Source of the DNA: Felis catus
Taxonomy: Eukaryota
Assembly: GCF_018350175.1 (NCBI RefSeq)
Contig: NC_058383.1
Coordinates: 16,246,001-16,310,000, forward strand
Direction of reading: 5' to 3'
Length of the DNA stretch: 64,000 nt
Made by a program: the position numbers and the translations under genes. The number at the start of each line of letters is the position of its first letter. Position 1 is the stretch's first letter. The notes under the pieces are model-generated. The model saw nothing but the letters and a program-made list of their open reading frames with translations, did not search any database and had not been told where the DNA came from. Below, piece after piece: positions 38,393 to 48,312 of the stretch.

Positions 38393-41300
38393 ACGCATGC
38401 GAGAGACCGGGAGAGAGGCAGAGAGAGGGAGAGACAGAAATCCAAGCAGGGTCCGCACTATCAGCACAGAGCCCTACACGGGGCTGGAACCCATGAACCA
38501 TGAGATTACGACCTGAGCGGAAATCAAAGAGTTGGAGGCTTAACCTGACTGTGCCACCCAGGCATCCCTTACTTTTGCATATTTTTAAGTACATATCTAG
38601 CCCTATAGTAAAACTGTTTAAGGCATTTAGGACGGCACCTGATATATAGTGAAAGGTTAAAAAATTAAGTTTTTAAAACTACTTTTTCAATAAAAACAAA
38701 CCTAAAGTTAAAAGCAATAAATTATATATAAAACTATTAGATTATATAAATAAATTCTGAAGAAGGCAATTCTCCAAACAGTCATGGTAAAACTTATGTC
38801 AATAAAAATGAAAACATTTGTCAATTTGTTTAAAGTGTTTCAAACATATCACATTTTGGGATATTTGCTAAATAGTATCATGAATACAATGGCTAGCATT
38901 AAAATTAATGATACAAAAAGGAGAAAGTTTTAAGATTTGTTAATGAGACTATATAATTCCTGTTTTTTCTTCATTTTAGATTTTAAGTTCACTAGACAGA
39001 AACAGTGTTTACAAAGTTTTGGGGGTATTAAATAAATGTTAAGAGCTTAGGAAAAGCTATTATGAATAATTAAGAAAGGGGTACAATGAAAGTTTCTAAA
39101 AATATCAGCATTAGGGAATTTCATTTAAAATAACAAATATTCACCTAAGCAACCACTACTAACAGTTTTTAATGGGTCCTTCCAGAAATGCATAGACATG
39201 CATTATCATGTGTACATATAGATATTTAATTTCTATGGCATTTAATACTTTAAAAATAAGAAAGCATGATACAGAATTATTAGCAAATCAAATCTGGAAG
39301 GGGAAAATCCCAAAATAATTTTGTTCCTCTTCTTTAGAATGAAAGGGAATTACAAATTAATAAATTCATACTTCCTGCTAGGCACTGAATTAGGCAGCTT
39401 GTCTATGTCATCTCATTCAATCTTCAGTACAGTCTAGCAAGGTAAGTATTAGCTCATTTTAAAGCTTGGCTCAGAGAGGTTAAATGACATGAGCTAAGAA
39501 GTAGCAAAATGAAAATATAAACCTATGAAAATATGATGTAAATATGAAAATGAAAATATGATCTAACTATAAAGTTCAAAATATTCTCACTAATAAGGGA
39601 TGTCTCCCAAACATAAATCTCCCCAGCTGAGCATTCTCCCAGGTTTTAATAACACCAAAGAGATTTACTTTAAGATGGGTAAAATGAGGTAAGGGACATG
39701 AAAACACTGTAATATAAAGATAAGCCTAAGAAATAGTCAGCATCATGAGACACACACAAGAACCTGAGGGTATCTGTTTGTCAGCTTGGGTAGCAACTGT
39801 CTTGACAAATGAAAAACAGTTCAGTCCAGTCCGCCATTACCCCCAGTTGATTGTCAAACTCGGGAATCTTTTCAGTGTCAGGTGACCAAAGTTGCCCAGT
39901 GTGCCCGGTCCATCTAGCTGTCCAAGCTGAATCACGGAAAGGAGTAGAAGGAGCTATGCCAACAGCTGTCAGGGTGATAGGATCTGGGCTAGGGTTCTTT
40001 ACTGAGAATGACAAACTGCACGATCAGTAAGTAGTCTTTATAACATCATACATCTGTTGTGTGGCACTTAACAGAGGGTGGGGTAGGGGCAGCACGTTCC
40101 ACAAAACATTAGACTTTATTTTTATCATTTTTTTCCAAAGATTTTATTTTTAAGTAATCTCTACACCCAACATGGTACTGGAAATTACTCGAGATCAGGA
40201 GTTGCAAGCTCTACTGACTGAGCCAGCCAGGCACCCCCCAAAACATCAGACTTTAAATAGAATTAGCATTATTTGCCAGACTCTGTGGATGTAAAGATGA
40301 GCCAGATGCCTCACCTATTTAGTCTCATAGGAAAAACACAGTAAACACCCAGACTGGTCTCAGATACCACAGATTTACACACACATCCTGTGGGAATGAA
40401 CCACTGGCTTGGCCTGTGAGGAGTGGAGGAACTCCAGCAGAGACATTCTGGCTCTGTCTTGGAGGACCACACAGACAGGTGGACGAGGCAGGCGGTAATT
40501 CCAGTCAAAAGGGACAGCATGTCCAGGGGCACGGAGTCATGAAACTGGATGACATATTTCCGGAACAGCAGAGCTTGGTAAGGCAGGAGAACAGGGTGTG
40601 GAGGACGGTGAGAGAAAGAGTGGGAAGGCAAGGGCGGGGCCGTGGGGTCAGGCCCTTGTACACCATGCCCATTAGCTGGATTCTACCTGGTACATGGTAA
40701 GATACTAGCAAGTTTTCAAAAAAAGATCAAGGTGTGTAAAGCAGCCTGGCAGTGGTGTGGCAGGTGGACTGCAGCAATAAAGGCAGGGAGCGTGGCTCCT
40801 GGGCTTTCTGCTGGTTGTCAAGGCCAGCAGTGCCAGGCACACAGGAGGCATTCGATACTCACCAGATAGCCTAAAAGATGGTTCTAGGCTATGATGTAGG
40901 CAGTGGGGATGAAGGGGAAGGAATATCTTCAAAAGATATTCCTGAGGTGAAAAGGAGAAGGCACAGGCCCTGACTAGGTATCTAGACAGACAGTGTTGTG
41001 GTTTAGTTGGAGCAAACCATAGGTGGGAAATACATTTAGCGCTGAGACCACAGGATGAGGCAGCAGGGGTGAAATGGACTTCATTCATTTGAGTACCAAA
41101 TATCTACTGACTGTGTGCTGCATATGCCAAGCCAGGCCAAGGATATAAAGATGAATAAACCTGGCCCTGACTTCACAGAGCTACTTGTCAGTGGGAGCAG
41201 ACAGACAACCATGATCACAGCCCAACATGAGATAAGCTCCTTGATGGCTACATAAGGTGGTGGTTGTGACAAGGGTGGGGGCAGAGGTGGGGGAAGAGAT

Positions 41301-44300
41301 GAACCAATTCTCTGAACGAGTACTTGTTGAACTGAAGCCCTGAAAGATGAGGAACACTTGTCAGGTAGATAGACGCCCATGAGAGGAAGTAGACCTATAC
41401 CTGCCAAAGCCAGGAGTTTGTGAATATAGCCAGAGATGAAGAGGAGAGAGGAAGCTGAAGGGCCTGATTCAAAGAAGAGTCGAGCATTAAAGTAGTAACA
41501 ATGTCACTCCTCTACTCACCACCAAGCCTCCTGCCACCCCAATAAACCTGTCTTCCACACTGCTGCTACAGAGAGCTATTCTCTTCATTTTTAAAAACTT
41601 CAAACACGGGGGCACCTGGGTGGCGCAGTCGGTTAAGCGTCCGACTTCAGCCAGGTCACGATCTCGCGGTCCGTGAGTTCGAGCCCCGCGTCAGGCTCTG
41701 GGCTGATGGCTCAGAGCCTGGAGCCTGTTTCCGATTCTGTGTCTCCCTCTCTCTCTGCCCCTCCCCCGTTCATGCTCTGTCTCTCTCTGTCCCAAAAATA
41801 AATAAAAACGTTGGAAAAAAAATTTTTTAAAAACTTCAAACACAGAGATGAAGGGACAGTATAATGAAGGCCTCTATACCCTGCATTTAGATGAAAGAAT
41901 GATGAACATTTTATCAATTTTAAGTTTCTCTCTGTACATATTTGCTTTTTTATTTTTACCAAACCATTTGAAAGTAGAGTACAGACATTATGACACTTTA
42001 TTCCTAAAACTTCAGCATGCACCGTCTAAGAACAAAGACAAAACCATGATACGATTTTCACATCTGAGGAAAAGAATAATTCTAATATCCACTCCATATT
42101 AAACTGTCCCCAACTGTTCCCAAAATGTCTTTTACAGTTTTTCTTGGCAGGGGTGGGGTGGGGTGGGGTGGGGTGGGGTGGGGTGGTATGGGAAAAAGAG
42201 GCACTGGGATCCAGTCAAGGTTCAAGTCAGAGCTTTCTAACAGGAAAAAGTTCTGCACAGAATTCTTCAGTTGTCCCCTTCACCAACAGGTTCGAGACCT
42301 TACCCTTCCTTCACAGGACTCCAGACAAGTGTTGCCACCAGTTAAGTGAGGGGAGTGGTGGGAGAGAAGGTAGAGTGAAGACACACTGCAGGGAGAACTG
42401 ACAGATCCTGTAGCTGGCTAGATGGGAGAGAGCAGGAGGGGGTGGGCTTGGGGCCACTACAGGGAAGATGTGCCACTACTGGAGAGAGAACCCAGAAGGA
42501 GCAAGCTCTACAGGAGGAAGAGGAGTTCAATTTTAGGTGCATAAGCAACCCAAGCACCTGTAGGATACTCGTGCAATGTCCACTAAGCAAATGAGACCCC
42601 AGGCCTGGCACTGAGCAGAGAAGAGGTGCTGGCAAGATAGTCTCCTGGGAAGACTCCTCCTTCCCTTCTGAAACCCCTCTTGTAAGGTCACCCACAGACC
42701 CCTGTTGTCAAATCCAGTTTTCTGTCATCTTAACTTTTAAGCAGCATCTGGCACAGTTGCCAGCTCCCTCCTTGAAATACCTCCCCCTGGGCACTGCCAC
42801 AAAGTGCCCTCACTGGCTGCTCTCTCCCAGTCTCCCTTGCTGCCTCTTCCTACATCTAGCCTGTGAACACATCTCAGGCCTGCTTCTCAACCCCTTCTCT
42901 ATCCACACTCTCTCTGCAAGCAACCTCATCCATTCCTATGGGTTTAAAAAATGTTCTATATGAAAAATTTCAAATAAATACAAAGCAGTATAATGAAACC
43001 CATGGATCTATCAACTTTTAGCATTCCTATATACCAGCAGCTCCCAAATGTAACCTGTAGTCCAGACATCTCCTTTGAGGAGTCCTATAGATCAAACAGG
43101 CCAACCGCCTTTCCATTTGAATAGCTCACAGCCATCTCAAACTTTACCAGGTTCAAAAGTGCTCTGGATTCCCCCCTCCACACCCTACAACTGTTCTTCC
43201 TTCTCTGAATTAGGAGCAAGCTCCCAGATGGCAAGGACCCAACAGCGCCCAGCATACAGTGGGCACTCATATGCTTATGGAACAAATGACTTTCCATAAA
43301 TGGCACCAGCATCTGACCAGTTAGCCATTACCTATGATTCTGTCTCCTTTCCAAAATCAGACTGATATTTTTTATTTATTTAAAAAATTTTAATGTTTAT
43401 TTATTTTTGAGAGAGAGACAGAGCGCCAGTGTGGAAGGGGCACAGAGGGAGACACAGAATCCGAAGCAGGCTCCAGGCTCTGAGCTGTCAGCAGAGTCCA
43501 ATGCGGAACTCGAACTCAAGAACCAGGAGGCCAAGTCGGACACTTAACCAACTGAGTCACCCAGGTGCCCCCAGACTAATATTTTAAAAACACAGAGCAG
43601 ATCATGTCACACTGGAATTTATATCTTTAAATGGTTTCCATGGTGCTCAGAATAAAATCCAATTTCTCTAAAATGGCTTGTGAGACCTGGAATTATCCAG
43701 CTCCTGCTCCTTGCCACCTGTCCTCTAGTCACTCTTCCCTTCACTCCTGGGCTCCTCTCTTCCTCGACTTTTCTGGGGTTTCCCAGTATGCCTTCATCCT
43801 TCCCAGTCAGGGCTTTGCTGCACACTGACCCTTCAAATGTCAGCTTAACGTCACATTCTTGGGGAGGCCCTCCATGATCTCATGTAGTAGGTTCCCTGAT
43901 CTTCTCTCATACCACCTACCTCAATCTGTAAGTCTCTATGAGTTTTTACCTCTGCCATGGCTCCCTGGAGATAGTGACCATGGCTATTATGTTGAGTTTC
44001 ACAAGACTTCAAAGACATCATTTACATTCAGTATTTGTACAATAAATGAATCAACTGGGTCTACATTAGGTCCTAAAGAACACCTACAGTTGAGGCAGAT
44101 TAGCACCCAGGAAGGGGCAGTGGTCCAACGGTACAGGGGGCTTGAGAAAGTAATCCCAGAGCCAACAGGCTGGACAGAGATAAGGACTTTAGATTCAAAA
44201 GCATTCGGCCCCAGCAGGACGTGGGGGTACTGGACAGACCCAGGTCCAAATCTCCAGTTTACTAGCTTTGTGACCTTGGGCACTTTAGTGTCCAAGAGTA

Positions 44301-45649
44301 GTAAAGTATTTAGAGTCTTTTGGGTGAATACGTTCAGCCTCAGAGGTCTTTTTTGGAAAGAAGAAAATATGAATTTCACAGGCTCATATCACCTGTGTGA
44401 AAAAAAAAAAAAAAAGACACACAGTAGATGCTCAGCAACAGAAAAAAGGAGGTTGATTTGTTAATCAAACTGGAAACATAAACATCAAATTTGGAAATAC
44501 AAGTTGGGCATCAGTCCTAAGAAGGGTGCTGAGCCTGAAGCCTGACAAACTTGAGGTCAAATGCCTTTTCTAGCTAGGTGTCTCACCTGCTTTGAGGTTC
44601 CATCTCATCTGCAAAATGCAGATCCTACTACTTCTTAAAATTGCTACTAGGGTTAAATTAAATAAGCTCTCTGGCCCATAGTAAGAGTTTAACAAACATG
44701 CAGTTCCTTTACTGACAACTGAATTTTCTAGAGGCTCATTATTTAACCACAAACAGAAAACGTTTAAATTATCCAATGTAAAGAAAACAATAAAGCAAAT
44801 CTACGTGTAAGTTAGTTATGAGCTTGGTTTCTGAACATGGACTATAGGACATGGATACATCAAAGGCATGAATTCAGAAAACCGAATACTTAATCCAATG
44901 AGGTTAGGAAAAAACGTGTAAACTTGAACCCAACGCCTACTTAGCGCTGGTAACTGTTCATACTTTTTGATCCGTTACCTACTTTTCAACGCAAGTCAAA
45001 GGCTGTTCGTAGCACTGAGACCTCCCCACCACTCCCCCTGTGCTTCACTGAAGGTTCAGACGGGACAACGCGTTATTTTAGTTCTTCACAACCTAAGAAA
45101 GAGGTGAGTAGTATCTCTACTGCCATTTGCAGATGCGGACATCAAGGCTTTGCGCGGGCACGTAGCGTTCTCTGGGCGCCCGCGAGAAGCCGGAGGCCGA
45201 GTCCAGGGCTGGAGCCTCAGCCGCGCGCCAGCCCTCCGCCACCGCGCGGGTCGCGCAGGGTCAAGGTCCCGAAGGCCGAGCCCGCACGGCAGGCGGACGT
45301 GGCCTTGGCGCCGAGCGCCGTCCCCGCCGTGACCTTGAGCCCGGCCCGCCGGGAAGGCGCTCCGACTCCGCCAAGGCTCCCCCGCCTGGCCCGGCCCGGC
45401 CGACAGCGGCCTCGGCCCCTGCCGCCCCGCAACCCCTGCGGCTCTGCCCCGAGGGAGCGCTGCCGGGCCGGGGCGGAGACCCGTGCCGGGGACCCCGCGC
45501 CCTCTGCCCCGCGGCGGCCCCTCCCCGGCCGCTCCCGGAAAGGGCGGCGCTGCTCACCGGAGCACTGGCAGGAGGCTGCAGGGGGGGGCCCGCCGCAGGA
45601 GACCGCCGACCCAAGCCGCTCCGCGGGCGTGCAGTACTCGCGCCGCCAT
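6765..45649 (-). CDS. NIPSNAP2: NIPSNAP2 (GBAS), spliced CDS join(45558..45649,28675..28814,28547..28592,25036..25130,24630..24700,23702..23842,22631..22662,12705..12799,8412..8495,6765..6829), 286 aa
   Basis: Exons sum to 861 nt with consistent phases and GT/AG ends. Translation [18 protein letters not shown]...[22 protein letters not shown]...[28 protein letters not shown]...[10 protein letters not shown] matches the recalled NIPSNAP2 sequence. Adjacent to MRPS17 as in human. Confidence 0.97.
7151..7354 (+). mobile_element. CAN-SINE
   Basis: TSD AAATAAAGTT[AG]TATA. Confidence 0.92.
7961..8330. mobile_element. Two short CAN-SINEs, divergent (~7961-8075 minus, ~8217-8330 plus)
   Basis: tRNA-derived heads without the (CT)n segment, with T or A tails. 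Confidence 0.8.
8412..8495 (-). CDS. NIPSNAP2: NIPSNAP2 exon 9
   Basis: CAG| (A)[32 protein letters not shown]; 84 nt. Confidence 0.96.
9575..10002 (-). mobile_element. Old L1 (L1M-type) 3' end fragment
   Basis: ttaaccattttaaaatgtacaatt..gcattaag..tatccatcagtggacacttggg is typical of antisense L1M 3' UTR. Confidence 0.75.
11793..12025 (+). mobile_element. CAN-SINE with long (CT)n
   Basis: TSD AAACTTTAATAAA on both sides. Confidence 0.9.
12705..12799 (-). CDS. NIPSNAP2: NIPSNAP2 exon 8
   Basis: [40 protein letters not shown]; 95 nt. Confidence 0.96.
13623..13670 (+). repeat. (TG)~24 microsatellite
   Basis: Direct read. Confidence 0.95.
13704..15190 (+). mobile_element. 5'-truncated L1 (ORF2 C-terminal remnant + 3' UTR), disabled
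   Basis: [34 protein letters not shown]..., [25 protein letters not shown]; internal stop at 14132-14134 and frameshifts. Confidence 0.95.
16569..16796 (-). mobile_element. CAN-SINE
   Basis: TSD GGTGG.CAA.TCTT. Confidence 0.87.
17057..17172 (+). mobile_element. Short CAN-SINE
   Basis: GGGGCACCTGGCTGGCTCAG..AGAGATTACTT + A tail. Confidence 0.85.
17295..17905 (+). mobile_element. MER58B-like hAT-Charlie DNA transposon interrupted by a CAN-SINE (~17585-17852, minus)
   Basis: CTAAGAATG..CATAAATAAAGTTTT.TTGGAACACAGCCA..GCCTAAAATATTTA..CCTTTACAGAAAA; SINE TSD AGCCTAAAATAT. Confidence 0.85.
17970..19117 (+). mobile_element. Three separate CAN-SINEs (~17970-18176, ~18590-18787, ~18915-19117)
   Basis: Each has head, (CT)n and tail; TSDs AGAAATTAGT.TCTCTA, TTTACCTAA, AAGATTCTACTGCA. 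Confidence 0.9.
19480..21897 (-). mobile_element. Nested/fragmented old L1M elements
   Basis: Two antisense L1 3' ends (~19480 and ~20378) followed by ORF2-derived sequence (ttgattactgtagctttgtagt..gtcctccaactttgttc). Confidence 0.8.
21559..21643 (+). repeat. Tandem repeat, ~22-24 bp unit GAATTTACTTGGTGCATGTGTT x ~3.7
   Basis: Direct read. Confidence 0.9.
22052..22270 (+). mobile_element. CAN-SINE
   Basis: Full SINE body and A tail ~360 bp from the exon 7 donor. Confidence 0.92.
22631..22662 (-). CDS. NIPSNAP2: NIPSNAP2 exon 7
   Basis: [13 protein letters not shown](W) |GTAAGT; 32 nt. Confidence 0.95.
22831..22880 (+). repeat. (TATTC)10 pentanucleotide repeat
   Basis: Direct read. Confidence 0.95.
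23702..23842 (-). CDS. NIPSNAP2: NIPSNAP2 exon 6
   Basis: [56 protein letters not shown]; 141 nt. Confidence 0.96.
24630..24700 (-). CDS. NIPSNAP2: NIPSNAP2 exon 5
   Basis: CAG| (V)[28 protein letters not shown]; 71 nt. Confidence 0.96.
25036..25130 (-). CDS. NIPSNAP2: NIPSNAP2 exon 4
   Basis: [39 protein letters not shown]; 95 nt. Confidence 0.96.
26374..26793. mobile_element. Tail-to-tail CAN-SINE pair (+ 26374-26560; - 26571-26793)
   Basis: Second element has 16-bp TSD AAAAAAAGACTTTTTA 26555-26570/26794-26809. Confidence 0.93.
28547..28592 (-). CDS. NIPSNAP2: NIPSNAP2 exon 3
   Basis: CAG| (F)[14 protein letters not shown](C) |GTGTGT; 46 nt. Confidence 0.95.
28675..28814 (-). CDS. NIPSNAP2: NIPSNAP2 exon 2
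   Basis: [55 protein letters not shown]; 140 nt. Confidence 0.96.
29068..31115 (-). mobile_element. Carnivore L1 3' portion fragmented by five SINEs (+29361-29580, +29591-29705, -29865-30077, -30114-30325, -30326-30548)
   Basis: L1 antisense text resumes after each SINE (tagtttcaggtgtacagcatagtgat ... cttctctccacatcctcgccaacacttg). Confidence 0.85.
32313..34205 (+). mobile_element. 5'-truncated, decayed carnivore L1 (ORF2 3' part + 3' UTR)
   Basis: ORF2 remnants ([21 protein letters not shown]) with many stops; degenerate TSD GAGCCTGGTTGA/GAACCTGGATGA. Confidence 0.93.
35248..35361 (-). mobile_element. Short CAN-SINE
   Basis: Reverse short SINE; TSD AATT.CTATT. Confidence 0.85.
35470..36858 (+). 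mobile_element. Young 5'-truncated felid L1 with open ORF2 C-terminus
   Basis: ORF open to 36630 incl. [27 protein letters not shown]-rich 3' UTR, AATAAA, A10; TT/AAAA target site. Confidence 0.97.
37024..37061 (+). repeat. (TG)~19 microsatellite
   Basis: Direct read. Confidence 0.95.
37133..37367 (+). mobile_element. CAN-SINE
   Basis: TSD AAAAAATCAACAACC 37118-37132/37370-37384. Confidence 0.93.
37614..37847 (+). mobile_element. Young CpG-rich SINEC_Fc-type element
   Basis: TSD AAAAGCAGCAAACTC; internal 14-bp duplication. Confidence 0.94.
38320..38569 (-). mobile_element. CAN-SINE next to an L1 3' end fragment (~38145-38315)
   Basis: Reverse SINE body with long (GA)n. Confidence 0.85.
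40118..40238 (-). mobile_element. Short CAN-SINE
   Basis: TSD CAAAACAT.AGACTTTA. Confidence 0.87.
41608..41828 (+). mobile_element. Young CpG-rich SINEC_Fc-type element
   Basis: TSD AAAAACTTCAAACAC. Confidence 0.94.
42150..42184 (+). repeat. (GGGGT)7, G-quadruplex-capable
   Basis: Direct read. Confidence 0.93.
43369..43571 (-). mobile_element. CAN-SINE
   Basis: TSD CAGACT.ATATTTT. Confidence 0.9.
45558..45649 (-). CDS. NIPSNAP2: NIPSNAP2 exon 1 coding part (Arg/Ala/Leu-rich mitochondrial presequence-like)
   Basis: ATG at 45649 in [40 protein letters not shown](R); donor CG|GTGAG. Confidence 0.95.
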
Positions 45650-45692
45650 CTTGCTCTGGCGCCTGGGCTCCCACCGCCCGGGCCGCCGCTGA

Positions 45693-45728
<36 letters not shown>
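45693..45728 (-). repeat. (GCG)12 / CGG trinucleotide repeat upstream of the NIPSNAP2 ATG
   Basis: Uninterrupted (CGC)12 on + strand, about 45 nt from the start codon. Confidence 0.95.
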
Positions 45729-47409
45729 GACCCCTCCCCCGGCCAGGCCCGCCGAGGCTGGGGCGGGGCGGGGCGCGCGGCCGCTGCAGCGCCAGGCGCC
45801 GCCGCCAGGGGAAGTAGTGCCCACGGTCCCGGCGCGAGGAGGTCCTGCAGCTGCGAGAAAGGAGCGCGAAGGCGAAAAGGACTGCTTTACGAGACAATCA
45901 CCAGCGAAAGGAGCTGAATGTCCGGCACTAGAGGACCATGGGCAAGGCTTTAATGTACATGGAAAGATCCACAAGAAAAGAGTAACACGGAGTTCAGGCT
46001 TCTCCCCAATACCTTTTGAACTTTGTACCATGTAAATGCATTGCCTTTCAAACCGAAAACAAACCCAAAGCAACGCTTTAATAAAAACATTCTAGATGAA
46101 AACATACTCAAGTTATCTGGTGGTCTCGGGACTACATTGTTCCTGTTCCCTGTTCATATCAACACTGATGGGCCCTCGTCGGGTCTCAGTCGTCAAGCCG
46201 ACTCAGTCTAGTGGGGCAGGATGTGAAATAATTGGCTCCAGTGTGACAAGTGTTGAAATGAAGAGGTTCACCAGACGGGAAGGGGACACGGACAGGCGAG
46301 ACTGTAACCGGCCGGTGGCTGTGAAGCGGAGGACAGAGCCGAGTTCCTGGCACGATAGCGCGGTCCCAAAGGAAGAGTTGACCAGTGGAAGGGAGGATAT
46401 CTCCGGTCAAGAAAACAACTTAAACAAAGGCGTGGGTCGGGTGGCACTGTTTAGGGAAAGTGTATCCCGAGTAAAAGAGCCGCAAATGTAACCTTGAAAA
46501 CTGCAACCGAGACAAGGTAGGCAGAAAGGGAGCTAGACAGTGAGAGAAGGGGGAGAAACAGGGAGGAGAGACCCCAGCCACCAAGGGGAGCACTGTGCAA
46601 GAATCTGCAGAGGCCAAGAGGGAAATGTCCTCAGGACGGGTGGGTACCTGGGAGGTCTGTTACCCTGGCAGGAGGGGAGAGGGCAGCAACTGGGCTTTTG
46701 GTCTGAGGGGTTCTCTGAAGCTAGTAATCTTGGAGGCAAAGGAAGCATTGGAGCTTAAGGGGTGCAGTTTTCTGACTGGGGAATATTTGAACATGTTAAT
46801 ATGGCAAGGAACCACCAGGAAGGATTAAAAAGGGGTCCTGTGGATGGAGGAGAGACAACAAGGATTTGCTCCAGATCAGGGAGATACGGGTCTCTTGGAG
46901 GCCAGTGGAAAGGAGGCCAAGGGACAGGGGACAGGAGTCCAGAGGCTATGTGGCTGAGCAACAGGCTTATGATTAGTGAGCCTGTAGACACTTAGACCCA
47001 AAAGGGAGCTCTCCCCAGGGCAGAAAGGACATGTCCCAATCCTCCACAGTAGGAGGGAAGCCTCTTTAAGCCTGTGGTGTCATTGTGCCCTTGTGACTTT
47101 CTCACACATTCTCCCAACTTCTCAGCTTTTTTTTTTTTTTTTTTTTTTGAAGAGATGAATGCTTTTAAATGTATTTTCCTGAAATGTAAACTTGGTAAAT
47201 ATTTCTTGGTCGACCTTCCTTTTGTGCTATTTAGTATTAGGCCACTTATTCTGCATTTTTCTTCTCCACTGTTATCTTCCAATATTTTTTACTGGGGACA
47301 TGTACTTTTATCTCACAGGTGTATAGCTGTCATATGTCATAGAAGAAATATGGGGCATCTTCCTGGAGCATAAGTTTTACACCAAGATTATTAGGAAAAT
47401 TATCTTAAG

Positions 47410-47535
47410 AGGGATGCCTGGGTGGCTTAGTCAGTTGATTTCGGCTAAGGTCATGATCCCAGGGTCATGGGATTGATCCCTACATCAGGCTCCATGCTGA
47501 GCATGGAGCCTGCTTAAAATTCTCTCTCAAAAAAA
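47410..47535 (+). mobile_element. Degenerate CAN-SINE
   Basis: GGGATGCCTGGGTGGCTTAGTC..GGAGCCTGC..CTCTCTCAAAA. Confidence 0.8.
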
Positions 47536-48312
47536 GTAGAGTATATGTAAGCATTTTAAATATGTGAGGTTTTTGCGATGGCTTGTACAGGTGCAAGGTG
47601 GAACCCACATTAACTTCACCTGTCAGAGACCTAGACACTCTTAGATGATTCCCTTTTGCTCACTCTCCTGGTATCAAGCTCTGAGAGTTCTACTTTGGAA
47701 CATCATTTATCCAACCTCTTTTCCTCACCCTACTCAGTTTGTCTTTAGGACCAGTCTTTGAACAGGTCTCTTTCCCTCTAATCTTTCCCCTTACAGTTCA
47801 TTATGTAATTATATCATACTCTTTTAAAAATGTAACCTGCCACCACTTACAGTATAATTTCCACCTGTTTCTTTACCTGAACCCCACTCATGTTCAAAGT
47901 GTCCCAAGCAGTCCTCATCGGCTTGCAGAACCCCTTGGTTATGCTGCTTCGTCTCATAGTTTTGGGATTTTACATTCTCCCCTCTACCTGGAATGCCCTT
48001 TCCACAGCCCTTATCTACTAGCCCGGAAACTGTTAAGATTCAGTTCTAGCACCATCTAGTCTCTTCTGGGAAGTTGTCGTCATTTCCCCCCCACCCATGT
48101 GCTTCTCTGCTATGAAGGCAGCTGTACATAACCTCCCCTACTAGATTATGAGCATTGAGAGGATAGGCAGTGCTTGTGGTTACTGCTGAAACTCTGTACT
48201 TGTATAATACACGTATTAGTTGAAACTGAAATATGCTCCAAATCTCTTCCTAGGGCCAGGAAACTGGAATATGTAGCTCAATGTTTCTTCAGGTCAAAAT
48301 CTAGGTTCATAG

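Larger units (their letters stand above)
45150..45930. promoter_or_regulatory. CpG island / promoter of NIPSNAP2
   Basis: Very GC- and CpG-rich around exon 1; tandem GC boxes GGGGCGGGGCGGGGCG at 45760-45775; CAAGATGGCGGC (YY1/TISU consensus) at 45642-45653 on minus. Confidence 0.9.

Noticed and set aside
39770..40060. Unique-looking stretch with a 77-aa minus ORF
   Set aside because: No recognisable protein, splice pattern or repeat family; needs a Dfam or conservation search.
43859..44464. 201-aa ORF with an overlapping 126-aa antisense ORF
   Set aside because: Starts at TTG, has no recognisable domain, overlaps L2/MIR-like remnants and an A-run; most likely chance.
45104..46073. Long Pro/Arg/Gly/Ala-rich ORFs on both strands
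   Set aside because: Expected stop-codon scarcity in a CpG island; those I checked start with GTG or TTG. Only exon 1 is supported as coding.
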